Assembly: GCF_004010195.1 (NCBI RefSeq)
Contig: NC_057718.1
Coordinates: 53,751,615 to 53,815,614 of the forward strand
Direction of reading: 5' to 3'
Length of the DNA stretch: 64,000 bases
Source of the DNA: Chiloscyllium plagiosum
Taxonomy: Eukaryota
Translations under genes and position numbers: made by a program
The notes under the pieces: model-generated
What the model saw: only the letters and a program-made list of their open reading frames with translations
What the model was told of the DNA's origin: nothing
Databases searched by the model: none
Part shown: positions 51,763 through 64,000 of the stretch, one piece after another
Numbering within the stretch: the stretch's first letter is position 1
How the letters are laid out: every line of letters starts with the position of its first letter

Positions 51763-52319
51763 AGTTCATTAACATTCTTTGTGCACTGTTCGGCATTTCT
51801 TTTAAGCCAGGGCACCATGCTGACCTGGGCCACTATCTCTGTCCATACAGGTTGTGTCTGGTGACATAGCCTCCTTTGGTGTTATGGGGGGAGGGAGGAC
51901 TAGGGAAAGAAAGCTCTTTGCTTCTTTCAACCATCCCATCTGTGAGCACCTCCAGGTCCTTGCCAGCAAATCTATGCTGTGTTTCTGGGCCGTGTCGATC
52001 AGGAGGAGAGTGCAGGGTCCAGAATGTGAATAGTCATTCCTGGTTCACAGCACCTGAAGTGCTGTTGGAGCTAAGGTTTGAGTACGGCACCAGCGAAAAT
52101 CACATCCGTGGTGAGTATTTCTGGCTGCACAATTGTATAAACTGGGTGCATAGATGCCAATTACAGTAATTAGTTAATGCACTTAAGAGCAGACAACTTT
52201 GCAAGAAAAGTAAAATGGGCCATGATGGACCACCACCATGAACCCCTCCTAACTATTCACCTTGTCAAAAAATGGGCAAATTCAGCTCTCTATTTCAATG
52301 TTGTCAAACATTTTGGACT

Positions 52320-52630
52320 AAAGGTATAAAACAGGGCCCTTTCTAAGTAATGAAATTAGAAACAAGGTAAATCCAAAAAGACTTGGGGGTCTAGGTACAA
52401 TGATCATGAAATGTCATGAACGGAAAGTAATCAAAAGGGCTAATAGAAAGCTAATCTGATATCTAGCAGAATAGATTACAAAATGGTCAAAGCTGTGCTT
52501 TATCTATACAAAGCTCTGGTTAGACCGCATCTCTTGTTCTGTTTGCTGTTCAGGGCACCACACCTTAGAAAAGATTTATTGATATGGATAGAATGCTGCA
52601 TTGATTAACCAGAACAATAACTGGACTCCA
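52320..52630 (+). mobile_element. Old CR1 fragment
   Basis: LYKALVRPHL encoded at ~52504; gcaccacaccttagaaaagat. Confidence 0.65.
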
Positions 52631-52631
52631 T

Positions 52632-52679
52632 GGGGCGGCATGGTGGCTCAGTGGTTAGCACTGCTGCCTCACAGCACCA
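52632..52679 (+). mobile_element. HE1-like SINE head only
   Basis: ggggcggcatggtggctcagtggttagcactgctgcctcacagcacca. Confidence 0.75.
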
Positions 52680-53439
52680 AAGTTAGACTGTATTTAATAG
52701 CATTTCCAGAGTTATAATTTTGCCTAATTTTATCAAAACCATCCCTAGTCTCCAACTTAAATTGAGAATTTCAGAAGGTATCAACTGTAAGGGAATTGCA
52801 CAGTGAAATATTAAATTCCTGGAAAATTCCTTTGGTGGCTGCCATGAAGGAGGATTCCAGCAGATTTCCATGTGCAGTTCTCACCTTCACTCGAGTAAAC
52901 ACTGTCTGATCATCAGAAAATTCAAGTCATACTTTCTATTTATTACACTGTGACACTGTGTCATGTAAAATTCCTACACCACAAGGGAATGTTCTACTCA
53001 AATGATGCTGGATAATATTCAGTATCAAGATGTTAGTAGACTGAGCGTTCTCAGTTTTCTAACCTATATATTTATATAAAGAAAGCAAATCGATTCAGGT
53101 GGTGAACCATGTTTGAAATATTTTGTCACATTTAAATAACTACAGTTCCCAAAAACAACAAATCATATATCTCCACGCAGCACAGGTTTAAACTAAAACA
53201 CAAAAATTGTCAACTTTCCAGGAAAATCAATAGTTTTAATCATTTGCTTGTATCATGCAGGCAATGTTCACAGAGCAAATACTTATTGTCCACTTCAGAT
53301 TGTTGTTAGTGAGTATTCTGTTTCATCTGGCGCACTCTCCATCCAATTGAAATGGTAGTGGAGGCCCAAATCCAGATTTCCTGCTCCCGGCCCACACTAT
53401 TTTCATAGAGTGTCGAATGACGTTGCGGTGTGATTTGCA

Positions 53440-56325
53440 CATCCATGATTCATGGAGTAAGCTGCACATGTTAAAATGCAACTGTCTTCAGTCAGATTTG
53501 GGAATAACGGTTCAAGTGTTCTCACATACCTGTTGTTGTTGTCCTTATAGGTACACAAATCATATGTTTGGAAGATGCTTTTCGAGGAGCTTGGCAAGAT
53601 GCAACAATGTATCTTGTAGATGGCACACAATACAATCCTAAAGTATTGGCAGACGACATAAACCAATGTTTTAGGTGACTGATGCATGCAAATCAGGTGG
53701 ACTTTGTCGTAGGTTGTGTTGAGCTTCTTATTAGAATTTCATTCATCCAGTGGAGATTATTCCACTCAAGTCCAGAATTTTGACTTATAAATGATGGACA
53801 GACTTTGGAATGTCAGGAGATGTAAAACTCTTCCTAAAATGAGCAAACTATATTCTATTCTTGTGGCCATAACATTTATAACTGTTTCAATTACTTTTCT
53901 GGTCTATGGTCATCCACAGGATGCCGTTGGCAAAATATTTGGTGATAGAAATGCCATTAAGTGGCATGGGGATGGTTCGAGTCTTTCTTGTTTAGATGGT
54001 ACTTTTGTGGTAAGCATGTTCACTTGACACATATATCAGCCCAAGCCTGAATATTATCCAAGTCTTGCTATATGTGGTCCTGGGTTATCTCATTACCAGT
54101 TGAGGTGCAAATAAAACTGCACTGTGCAATTATCAGTGAAACCTCCACCTCAGGCATTGTAATGGAGGGAAAGCCTTTGATGTAACACATGGAATTTATT
54201 GGGCTGAGGATATTACTCTAAGGATTTCCTGTAGCAATATCCTAGAACTGTGGTAACTGGACAACAGCAACCACAACCATATTCTGTGGTGCCCACAGTG
54301 GCTCCAACCAGTAGAGAATTTTCCCTGAATTTCCACTGACTTAAATTTTGCTCTAAATCCTTGGTGTCACACTTGCTCAAATGATATTTTAACAGCAATT
54401 AACATCATCCTCATCTCACTTTGTGAATTCTGCTCTTTTGTCATATTTGGACCTAGTCCATCATTTATGATGTCAGGAGTGAAGCGGTCCTACTGAAACC
54501 CAAACTGGATACCAATTAGCAGATTATTGCTAAGTGCTATTGAATAGCGCTGTCAAAACCATCCTTCATTATATTGTCAATGATTTAAAATATTGTGATA
54601 GGGCAGTAATTAGCCAGATTGATGTACATTTTTATAATCAAGAGTGTGCCTGGCAGTTTTCCACACTGGCCCGTACGTGCCAGTGTTACAACTGTACTGA
54701 CACAGCTAGGTTGGGAGTATGGCGAGTTCTGAGTACATATTCATTACTGCAGCCACAATGTTGTCGGGTCCAATGCCTTTGCTGTATCCAGGGCATTCAA
54801 TTATTCTTTAACATCAGATGGAATTAAAGAAAATTGGCTATAGATTGGTATCTATGCTTCCATTTGGCACTTCTAACTAAAGGTGATTGGAAACACTTGA
54901 CGCTTCTTTCCTAACATTGTGGATCTCTCATTCTTCAGAATGAGGATGTTAATTGAGTTTCCTTCTCCCACTAATTGTTTAATTATCCATCATCATTCAC
55001 AGTTCGATGTGGCAGAATTGCAGAGTATTGATCTAATTTATCGATCGGGGAGAAATTGGCTGTGTCTCAGTTAGTGTTTCACAAACATTTTCTCACTGTG
55101 ACTCCAACAATTGAAAATTGCTGTGACCTTAGAATTCTGATGGGAGTGCTAAGAAGATCGGTCAGGGAGGGGAGTTGGTGGGAATGTTGGTGAGGGTGCT
55201 GGGCGGCATTCAAAAGTGATGGTGTTTTCAATTTTCATTATGTAAGCTCTGGTGAGCCTCAGAAGAAAAATCTCTTGGGTCATGTAGTTCAAATTACAAG
55301 TAAAAACAAAAAGCTGTGTGCACAAATCAAAGGGTCATAGAACTAATCCCACCATCCATGGTCAGCAGTGCAGCCTCAGAACTCACAACCCTGCAGTGTG
55401 GAGAGACTTACAAACTCCTGGTCTATAACATCCTGCATCCATTGTTTAGTTGTACATGACTAGATTTGTTGTTACTAAATATCATGCTGATCCTGTCATG
55501 TTCTCTTACACCCCATACTGAACCAGGATTGGACAATTGTCTTTATGATAGTGTTAACTTGAGGGATATACCAGGCCTTAATGTTATAGTTTGGGGTCTA
55601 ATATGATTCTTCTGTGTTGATTGCCTACAGATCTTCATGATGTCTGATTCTAAGCTGTTGGATTTAATCTGAAAATGTCCCATTTAGCACAGTGTCCTCA
55701 GTATGAAGTATCCACAAATCGCTTATATTGGTCATATCTAAGTTGGTTCCCTGACCAAATGCCAAGAGTCTGGTCTTACAGACACGTCACTCAGGATTTG
55801 GTCAGCTTTGTGATTTGCTGATGGATGTTGAAGCCTTCCACCCAGATGACATCCCATTCTTTTGATATGCCTGGTGCTTCATCCAAGTGTTTTTTTTGTC
55901 CTAGAGGAGAACTGATTAGTCAGCTGAGGAAAAGCATTAGGGGAAAATCAGCAAGAGCTTTCTTTGCTGGAATTTGATCTGAAGCCATGAGACTACATGG
56001 GGTCTGGAGACAATTTTGTGTATTTCCAGAGCCACCTCCTCCAGAATGTGTCAAACTGTGTCACCACCTCTGCTGGGTCTGTGTTGCTAGTGAAGCAGAT
56101 AGTGAGGAAAGAATCTGGAATATTGGAATATCATTTGATAGATATGTTTCAGGAAATAGGACTATGTTAGACTTGTCTGTGGTACAGCTCGACCAATTTT
56201 GTTACAAATACCCAGCTGTGAGCAAATCTGTGTTCACTGCATAGGTTGATGCCAGGGGTTCTTGCTAGTTTTAATTTTCTTGTATATTTTCATAATGTTT
56301 TGATGCAGTTGTGTTGCTAGACAAT
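53440..56325 (-). mobile_element. Long degenerate LINE, same family as 10395/34300
   Basis: Colinear similarity (ggcagttttccacactggccc..gccagtgttacaactgtactg at ~54650). Confidence 0.7.
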
Positions 56326-56327
56326 TT

Positions 56328-56585
56328 CAAAGGGCAGTTAGGAGTCAATCACATTGTTGTATGTCTGGAGTCATATACAGGGCAGACCTGATAGATGCAA
56401 AATTCCTTCCTTGAAGGACATCAGTGAAAGAGATGAGTTTTATTTTTCATGAACCTCTGGTAGCTGCACAATCACAATTACTAAAAATAGTTTTTTTTAA
56501 TCTCATCAACTGAATTTGACTCTATCGGATCTCACATCCCCAGTGCAGGCCTTTGGATTGCCAGCCCAGTAACATAACTACTATG
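56328..56585 (-). mobile_element. tRNA-derived SINE, second family
   Basis: agggcagttaggagtcaatcacattg..tctggagtcatat..ttccttccttgaaggacatcagtgaa. Confidence 0.7.
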
Positions 56586-57859
56586 TTAACATTCTATTCC
56601 ATTTGATAATTTTTCACAAATCATTTCCTTGTGCTGTTCGGAATGATACTGTTTACATTTACAACATCTTCTCCCAAAATTTGCATGGAATGTTGCCCAT
56701 GCAAAATCTGCTGAAACACAGTTAGTTAAGAATCAGTGTTGACAGGTGCTGTAAAGTATGTGTAAAGAATTATACAAGCATCTGACAGTGACAAACTCAT
56801 TAATGTGCAAATGAAGCATTTGTAACTGCGAGCGATAAGGTCAGGAGCATGGAGGAAGATATATATGAATTATATTTTTGGAAGGGTGAATATTTACATC
56901 ACAAATTTACAATTAAAAGACTTGACATCTGCTTAACGAGAATGATTTTACATTCCAATTATGTGGAGTTTGTTAAAGAGCTTGCTTTCTGGGGAATAAC
57001 TGAAACTAAAGAGGCTGAGCATGATCCAGGAAGGGACGGAATGGAGATATCATTTAACAATCAATGAAAATAAAATGGATGCAGAAATGTGTGAGTTCAG
57101 AGTGTGAAGAATGACACACTATATCACAAATCAATGCACTCAAAGATAAAATATGAAATACTTCTGTAAGCAAATAAAAAGCAGATATGAGACAATATAT
57201 CCTTGTTGATCTCTGGGTTCCAAAAATCTCAATAGCCAGTCAAGTACTTTTGAAATATTGACCTAAATTTCAGAGTTAGAGCACTTCTGAGCTCCATGAG
57301 CCAGACCCTTGAAAAAGTGACCCAAATTGTCAGATTTTTATTTTGTAGGGGAGCAACGTGAAATAGGAATCAGGCCCACAGAGTTTGAAATGTGTTGTAA
57401 GACAGCCACAGGGCTACGTGGGGATAGAGAAGATTTCAAGGTATATATTGTATACAGAGGATGGTAAAAAAGGATATCTCTAGTCCCTTACAGAGTCTAT
57501 GATTCTATAATTTACAATAGAGATCATGCCTTGTGACATAATGATGACATAGTTCCTTTCACATTTGCACAGTATTTATTCTTATAGTAAAAATATAAAG
57601 TGAAGCATAATTGAAGCTGAAGATTAAATTCCATTCTTCCTGATACTGTTGAGAAAAGGGGGTGCATATTCTCACACTAGAGACTGCCTTGCTTTCGGCC
57701 ATGATGTTTCCACAATTATCAATTTGCTGAACAACTTCTGGATCTAGAACATCTAGAACATTGGGTCAATTCTCAAGTGAGTGATGATTGATAATTTTAT
57801 TGAGTATAGTTGTATACAGGGGATGGTAAAAGAGGGCATCTCTAGTACCTTACAAACTC

Positions 57860-57962
57860 CTTCTCATGAAGGGTAATTGGACTCAAAACATTCACTCTGT
57901 TTTCTCTCCACAGATGTTGACAGACCTGCTGAGTTTCTCCAACAATTTCTATTTTTGCTTCC
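57860..57962 (+). mobile_element. Degenerate PLE-type terminal repeat
   Basis: ctcatgaagggtaattggactcaaaacattcactctg...acctgctgagtttctcc. Confidence 0.6.
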
Positions 57963-58689
57963 TTTATTCACCTTATCTTCTGTTATTATTGGTCAAGTCA
58001 TTTTAAAGATGCAAGGTGATGTATGTAGACCAGAAAATAATTTACCTTTCAGACAAAGGCAGGAACATTTTCAGAAATCAGATTTTAGGGTAGCCTTGCT
58101 GCTTGCTTGGAGATAGTCCCTATCCTGGAAAGTGAAATCAGATTGATTCAAGATTTTGAATGTTGTATAATTAAACCATTCAAAATGCATAGCAATTTTA
58201 GTCCTGCAATGTTGCCCATTGTTGAGTCATTTAGGTTAACAAGTGAGTTACTTAATTGCACACAAGCGGCCCTTATGGCTCAGTGTTGGCGTCTCTAGCA
58301 GGGCCAAGTTCAGATCCCACATGCCTGGGAAGTGTCTCATAATATAGCTTAACAGGCTGATTAAAAATTATTTTCCCTCTGGTCAAAATTCGCCAAACCC
58401 TTGAGGAGGTAAAGGTGGCTTTCTTTGCAAGCAGACTGAATTTTGATGAGTCTATTTCAGTTACCAGTGCAAGCTGGAGGTGGAATGTTCCATGCTCTCA
58501 TTGTCTTACTGTGATTACAGTTCTATACGATTTACTGGTGAGACATTCCTCCACACTTTCTTAATTTTTGTCTACATAATTATGTTGCTGTAAGTTTCTG
58601 GAACTGCTGCTAACATGTGAATCATGTGACCTAAAGCTGCCATTATAAAATTCCAACAAAGTCCATTTTCTAAAACAAAAAATAATTTG

Positions 58690-59265
58690 AGGTTGTACAG
58701 GATGTTGGTGAGGCAACGTTTGGAGTACTGTATACAGTTCACTATAGGAAAGTTATTATTAAACTGGAGAGAGTTCAGAAAAGATTGACCAGGATGTCGC
58801 TGGGACTATAAGGTTTCAGTTATAAGGAGAGGCTGGATAGGCTGGGTCTTTTTTCAATCGACTGCAGGAGGTTAAGAGGTGACCTCATAGAGGTCTATAA
58901 AATCATGAGGGGCATGGATTAAGTGAATTGCAAAGGTCTTTTCCCTAGGGTAGGGGAATTCAAAATTACAGGGGATATTTGTAAGGTAAAAGGAGAAAGA
59001 TTTAAAAGGGACCCAAGGGACAACATTTTCACACAACAGGTGGTTGAGATGTGAAATGAACTGCCAGAGGAAGTGGTAGATGCAGGTACAGTTACAACAT
59101 TTAAAAGACAGTTGGACAGCTACAAGAATCAGAAAGGCTTAGAGGAATCTGGACCAAACACAGGCAAGTGGAACTGGTTTTGTTTGGGAAACTTGCTTGG
59201 TATGAACAAATTGGACAGAAGTGTCTTTTTTCTGTGCTTTATGATTCTATGACACAATGATTCTA
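58690..59265 (+). mobile_element. CR1 3' fragment
   Basis: Closely similar to 25320-25877; atgattctat tail. Confidence 0.88.
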
Positions 59266-59349
59266 TAATTTACAATCTAGATCATGCCTTGTGACATAAC
59301 AATGACATATGTCCTTTTATATTGCACGGTATCTATTCTTATAGTAAAG

Positions 59350-59457
59350 TTAAAAACCACACCAGGTTATAGTCCCACAGGTTCATAACCTGGACTATAA
59401 ACTGGTGTTGTGTGAATTTTAACTTTGTCCATCCCAGTCCAACACCGGCTCCACCAA
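59350..59457. mobile_element. PLE family-B inverted mini-element
   Basis: Inverted arms (acaccaggttatagtcc / ggactataaactggtgt); TSD ctt(a/g)tagtaaag at 59338-59349 and 59458-59469. Confidence 0.8.
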
Positions 59458-59828
59458 CTTGTAGTAAAGGTATAGTTAAACTTTTCCTCAACAAATGTTC
59501 ATGATCTTGTTACCAGATAAAGCTTCTCTCTTTCCATTCCTTTCCTCTCCCCATACAGCCTTTGTTTTGCTTCAAGTCCAAAGGGAACAAATGGTCATGT
59601 AGCAGGCATCCCTGAACAAGTTCATTGGATCACTGAATTCCCCCTAGCTCTCAAAACAGGGCTGGGCTCAACTCCCACCTATGCCAGAGGTGTTTAATGA
59701 CATCTCTGAACAGGTGATTAGATTTTGTTTCTTCTAATGTAAGAAAGCAAATATTTTTACGTCCTTTTCCTCATTTACCCCTTTCTTTTTAAACTTCTCC
59801 TTTACCTATCCTGACTGTATAATAGATT

Positions 59829-60056
59829 GGGCATCGGTTTAGCTTAGTTGGCTGGACAGCTGGTTTGCAAAGCAGAGTGATGCTAACAATGTGGATTGAA
59901 TTCCCATCACCTGCTTGAGTTTCCATGACGTACTCTCCTTCTCAACCTTTCCCCTTGCCTGAGGTTTGGTGATGCTCAGCTTAAATCACCACAAGTCCTC
60001 CCTCCCTAATGAGAGAGCAACCCCATGGTCTGATAAGACTGTGGTGACTTGACTTA
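59829..60056 (+). mobile_element. tRNA-derived SINE, fourth family
   Basis: A box tagcttagttgg, B-box-like ggattgaattccc. A related head fragment lies at ~46130-46200. Confidence 0.65.
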
Positions 60057-60224
60057 ATTATGGCATCATTTTTAACAATGATTAGAAAGGAACAATTGCT
60101 CCATTATGGAAATGGGAATGCAACATCCACATTATTATGATGGATCACATTTTGTGAGGAGGGTATAAGGCTACAGTTTCAAAGTAGGAAATAGGTAAAC
60201 TCAGGAAAATTGTCTTTGTTGGCA

Positions 60225-61030
60225 ATCACTTGCTAATGAGAATGGTTATCCACGGAGGAAATTCTGTGTCACTGGTCATGGGATCTGTGGGTCCTTGTGT
60301 GGCTGAAGAGTCCTAGAGCCACTTTTCTGACCACCTGTTTGACAGGTGTTTCTGGAAAATGGGCTTGGTTCTTGGCTTTGTATCACTGGCATTGCTTTAT
60401 CGTGTTCTTTTTCTGTCCTTCCTCTTGCTGACAGGTGTTTCTAAAATGTTGTGTTCCTTCATTCAAACTCTCCCACTACATTGGTGTTCCCTGAAACAGG
60501 GTGTCACAGGCATTGTTGCCTGTGTTGCATGCCTTCAGAAAGTCGTTGAAGCATTTCCTTGTTTGAGTGCCTTCCTTGGACATAGCAAGGTTGATTTCCT
60601 TTGGTAGTTGAAACGCAGGCAACCTAACCATATGGCTAGCCCAGCGGTGTTGGTTTTGGATGACCATGGCCTCAAGGCTGGTGCCATTGGCTGCTTCAAA
60701 AGCACTGATGTCAGCGTGCCTATTCTCCAAATTAATGAGGAGAATATGCCTCATGCAATGTTAAAGGTACTTCTCCATGGCCATGAGGTGGTACGTATAC
60801 ACAGTCCAAGATTTGGAACCATATAGAAATGTTGGAAAATTGACTGCCTACCACACAGGGATCTTGGCATTGGTATGGATATTGTAGTCATTGAAGACTC
60901 TCATGCTTAGGCATCCAAAGGCGATGCTTATGGATTGGATGCAGTGTTAGATTTTGCATTAATGTCAACATTAGATGAGACATGACTCCCCAGCCAGAGG
61001 AAAATCTCCACATTTGAGAGGATCTTTTCC
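60225..61030 (-). mobile_element. RTE-clade LINE 3' fragment
   Basis: ORF 60476..60754 SLEAMVIQNQHRWASHMVRLPAFQLPKEI matches the RTE LRWAGHVxRM...LPK motif. Confidence 0.8.
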
Positions 61031-62149
61031 ATTCCTTAATGTAGGGATCGACCAGAACCTGCCCTGGGACCAACAATCAGGAACAGAGTGCCTTTAAATG
61101 AGAGATTGCTCTCGGAGAACACCAGCAAGAGCAAGAGGGTTTCTTTGTTATGTTTCCCACAAGGAAAGTCCCTGCCTCCTACTAACATAGTACCACTGTC
61201 AATGGGGTGCTGTCCTTAATGAGCATTAGTTTCCCACCTGGGGTCTCACTGCCATCATGGTGGGTAGACTATCCATGTGCCAACCTAACATGAATTTAAT
61301 CAGGATGGAGCCAGTAACATGATGGGGTCCCCACTCACAGCCTCCAGTTGGATGAGATACTGTCCACAACTAAGCATGCAATGGAGGAGTGCACTAAATT
61401 CCATCTCTGATGCCTGTCTCCATTAGCCTTGCATTAAACAGTAATGGCTTGATTTTACAGTGTTCATCATTTGCATTCTGGCTGGTACTCCTTATACTTA
61501 GCCCAAAGATATCACAATTAGTCAGATCAGAGTACTAGCTAGACTGCTGCCTAGGAAACATGTTGTCAAGCCGTTGATATAGTTCAGATCAGTCCAAAAA
61601 TGCTCAGCTCCACTAAGACTCAGTCCTCCAATTAATTGCATGTTGTGCAGGGAACAGAAGCTTCATTTATTTCTGTGAGCTAAAACAGAGATTTTGTGCA
61701 TTCCCAAACATTAATTTGAAAAGCAATATGGAATACTACAAGCAAATCAGCCATTATTTATTGCACAATTGTTGTCGTGCTAAATTGCAAGAACAAAGGT
61801 CAGGCAATGCCAATTGGAGGAAATGGTTCAGAAAATTGGATGAAGCAACCTGTATATAACACTGATAGACAAGCTGAACTTGGGGAGGAGGACCGCAAAT
61901 GGGATGAATAGCAATGCACAGTTGCTGATCAGTCACAATGCATGTCGATGTTAGCTGCTGCAATAATGAAGGTTTCGGGCACCCTGCTTGATATATTGTG
62001 CATTTAAAAAACCTGCATTATTTTTCACTATTGTTTTGTCATAACCGAAAACAAATACTTGGGAAATTTTAAACCCCACCTCCCCCATTGGGATGGGCAT
62101 GACAATGGCCCCAGTTCTAATTTAATTTCATAAATTCTCTCATTCAGTA

Positions 62150-62605
62150 ATGCATGGGAAATGGAAGTAATCATGCTTGCATATTATGTTAAAGCTTGCC
62201 TTCATTTTTTCTCTTGGAAGGTGGCCAATATTTGTTACCCATTCTAATAGCTGTTCAGAAGGTGCTAGTGAGCCACTTTCATGACCACTATACTGCATTT
62301 GGTATAGGTACAAGCAGAGTGCTATTAGATTGTTCTCAGTCAGCATAATGTGTGACTTGAATGGGAATGTCAAAATTGTAGTGGTCCCACACATCTGTTG
62401 CCCCTGTCCTTCTAGATGGTAGAAATCATGAATTTGGATGGAGCTGTTAAAGGAGATTAGTGAGCTGCTGCAGTAAATCTTTCACTTGGCCTCTGCTGCA
62501 GGTCTTGTGGAGCAGGTGAATGTATGGGTTGATGGGTGGATGGATTGATTTGTGCTGGTTGGTGCCAAACCTTTTGCACATTGTTGGAGCTCCAATCATT
62601 AAGGG
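62150..62605 (-). mobile_element. LINE 3' end, 10395-like family
   Basis: gtggtcccacacatctgttgcccctgtccttctagatggtag matches ~10945-10990. Confidence 0.6.
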
Positions 62606-62619
62606 AGGGGAGGAAACCG

Positions 62620-63283
62620 TGAATTAGCAAGTCGTGTTTTAATTGTAAATAAAGGCAATTACAAAGGCATGAAGACAGGGTTGGCTAAAATAGATGGGAA
62701 AAATTTATAAGACAGTAAATAGGCACTGGTTGACATTTGAGAACTTGTTTAATAAATCTGAAAAAATATATATTCCATTAAGCAAGAACGTTTCTGCAAG
62801 AATTTATCTACGATGAACAAAGGAAGGTAAATATGGTAGCAAACTGAAGGAAACTGTATGAAATGTTGTGAAGATTAGTGATAGGTAAGAAGATTGGGAG
62901 AATTTTCCAAAACACCACAAGATAACCAAAAAAGGTGAGGTTAGACTATGAGAATAAGTCATCAAGAAATAAGGTAGCTCAAATAAACATTAGTCCTTTA
63001 GAGGATAATACTGGGGAAATAGTTCTGGGAAACAAGAAAATGGCAAATAGTCTGAAAAAGAATTTTATAGCTGTTTTCTGAGAAGAGCACACTAAGATCA
63101 TTGCAATAATAATCAGATATCATTGACAAAAAGGGAGGGAGGAACTTAAAACTATCAATATTAGCTGGAGGAAAAGTACTAGGAAAATAAATGTGACAAA
63201 AAATTGGCAAGTCTTCTGGACAGAAAGCTCTGTCCTCTTGGTCTTTAAAGAATTGATTGCCAAATACTGTATACAATGGTTGC
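62620..63283 (+). mobile_element. Degenerate CR1 ORF2 fragment, resuming after 63973
   Basis: ggaaacaagaaaatggcaaatagtctgaaaaagaatttt (GNKEMAxxLNxYF-like). Confidence 0.65.
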
Positions 63284-63973
63284 CATAGTGAATGCTAAAC
63301 TCATAGAATATGAGCTCCCTGATTTGTGCTATTAATCTGGTCCAATCAGGGAGCACTGGCTCACAGATATGAACAGACGTGTTCCCCCTCCAACTCTATT
63401 TTGATTTAGTCCCTACCCTCCCCTTCACTGTTTTGATCACACTTGTGTCTCTCACTGTGTCTCACACCTACACACACACACCATGGGTGCTGGGGAAAAA
63501 TAAGTACTACCGCAGTTAGGCGGTAGTGTGGGGGTTTAATATATAGAATAAATAAATAAACGGAGAGAAGGGCATTGCTTAAAAAAAATGAACAGGCGTG
63601 TTTTTGATTTAGTCCCTGCCCTCCCCTTCACTGGTTGACCACACAGCATTGCCCTTTGTGAAGGGCACTGCTTGTCACTGGCCACTCGGGTGTTTCCTTT
63701 CTTCCTGGTGGTGGAAATTGAATAAAGATTCGTACACCTTATGTCTGTCACTGTGTCTCACACCTACACACACACACCATGGATGCTGGGGAAAAATAAG
63801 CACTACCGCAGTTAGGCGGTAGGGTGGGGGGTTAATAAAAAAAACAAAAAAAGAAATGAACAGACGTGTTAGAGATTCTGTTCACTCTGAGAGCTGGATC
63901 AGTGTCAAGGACTCTCCACACGTAAATAAAGGGTGACTTGGTAATGAGATACCGTCTTTGTAGAGTTGTTTCA
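63284..63973 (+). mobile_element. Probable solo LTR carrying nested insertions
   Basis: 5-bp TSD gttgc at 63279-63283 and 63974-63978; ends in CA; CCAAT box ~63342 and aataaa ~63925. The 5' end reads CA rather than TG. Confidence 0.6.
63384..63855 (+). mobile_element. Two tandem A-tailed retroposon 3' ends (possibly L1/Tx1-type)
   Basis: Copies at 63384-63587 and 63603-63855, each with an A-rich tail, delimited by three copies of atgaacag(a/g)cgtgtt. Confidence 0.75.
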
Positions 63974-64000
63974 GTTGCATGTTCCAAAGTTCCCTAGGTC

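Noticed and set aside
52632..52679. tRNA-like sequence
   Set aside because: It is the truncated head of an HE1-like SINE, with no complete cloverleaf. The same applies to the other SINE heads.
56849..57067. ORF containing FVKELAFWGITET, resembling the Kv3 channel T1 motif EELAFWGIDET
   Set aside because: Flanking residues lack the expected YYRTGKLHCP and EPCCW context, and there is no exon support; likely chance.

Overview
Eukaryotic, repeat-dense, apparently intergenic or intronic DNA. The repeat content (HE1-type tRNA/V-domain SINEs, CR1 LINEs) points to a cartilaginous fish, probably a shark; this is an inference. No intact host protein-coding gene, rRNA, true tRNA or CRISPR array is recognisable, and the listed ORFs are decayed transposon fragments or chance ORFs. 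The window holds PIF/Harbinger transposase remnants, many CR1 LINEs, a second old LINE family, an RTE LINE, an L1-clade element, Penelope-like elements (PLEs, GIY-YIG), several tRNA-derived SINE families, LTR remnants and a 519-N gap. Five structures stand out: (i) minimal hammerhead-ribozyme motifs (CUGANGA...GAAA-CGUC) in three different PLE-type terminal repeat families; (ii) short inverted or palindromic mini-elements built from those repeats with target-site duplications (TSDs), including a 192-bp palindrome; (iii) two retro-insertions stacked at the same 15-bp target inside a solo LTR; (iv) an L1 with TSD, an apparent 5' end and an inverted ORF1 segment; (v) a SINE/CR1 junction shared by two loci. 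Boundaries of old repeats are approximate and were read by eye.
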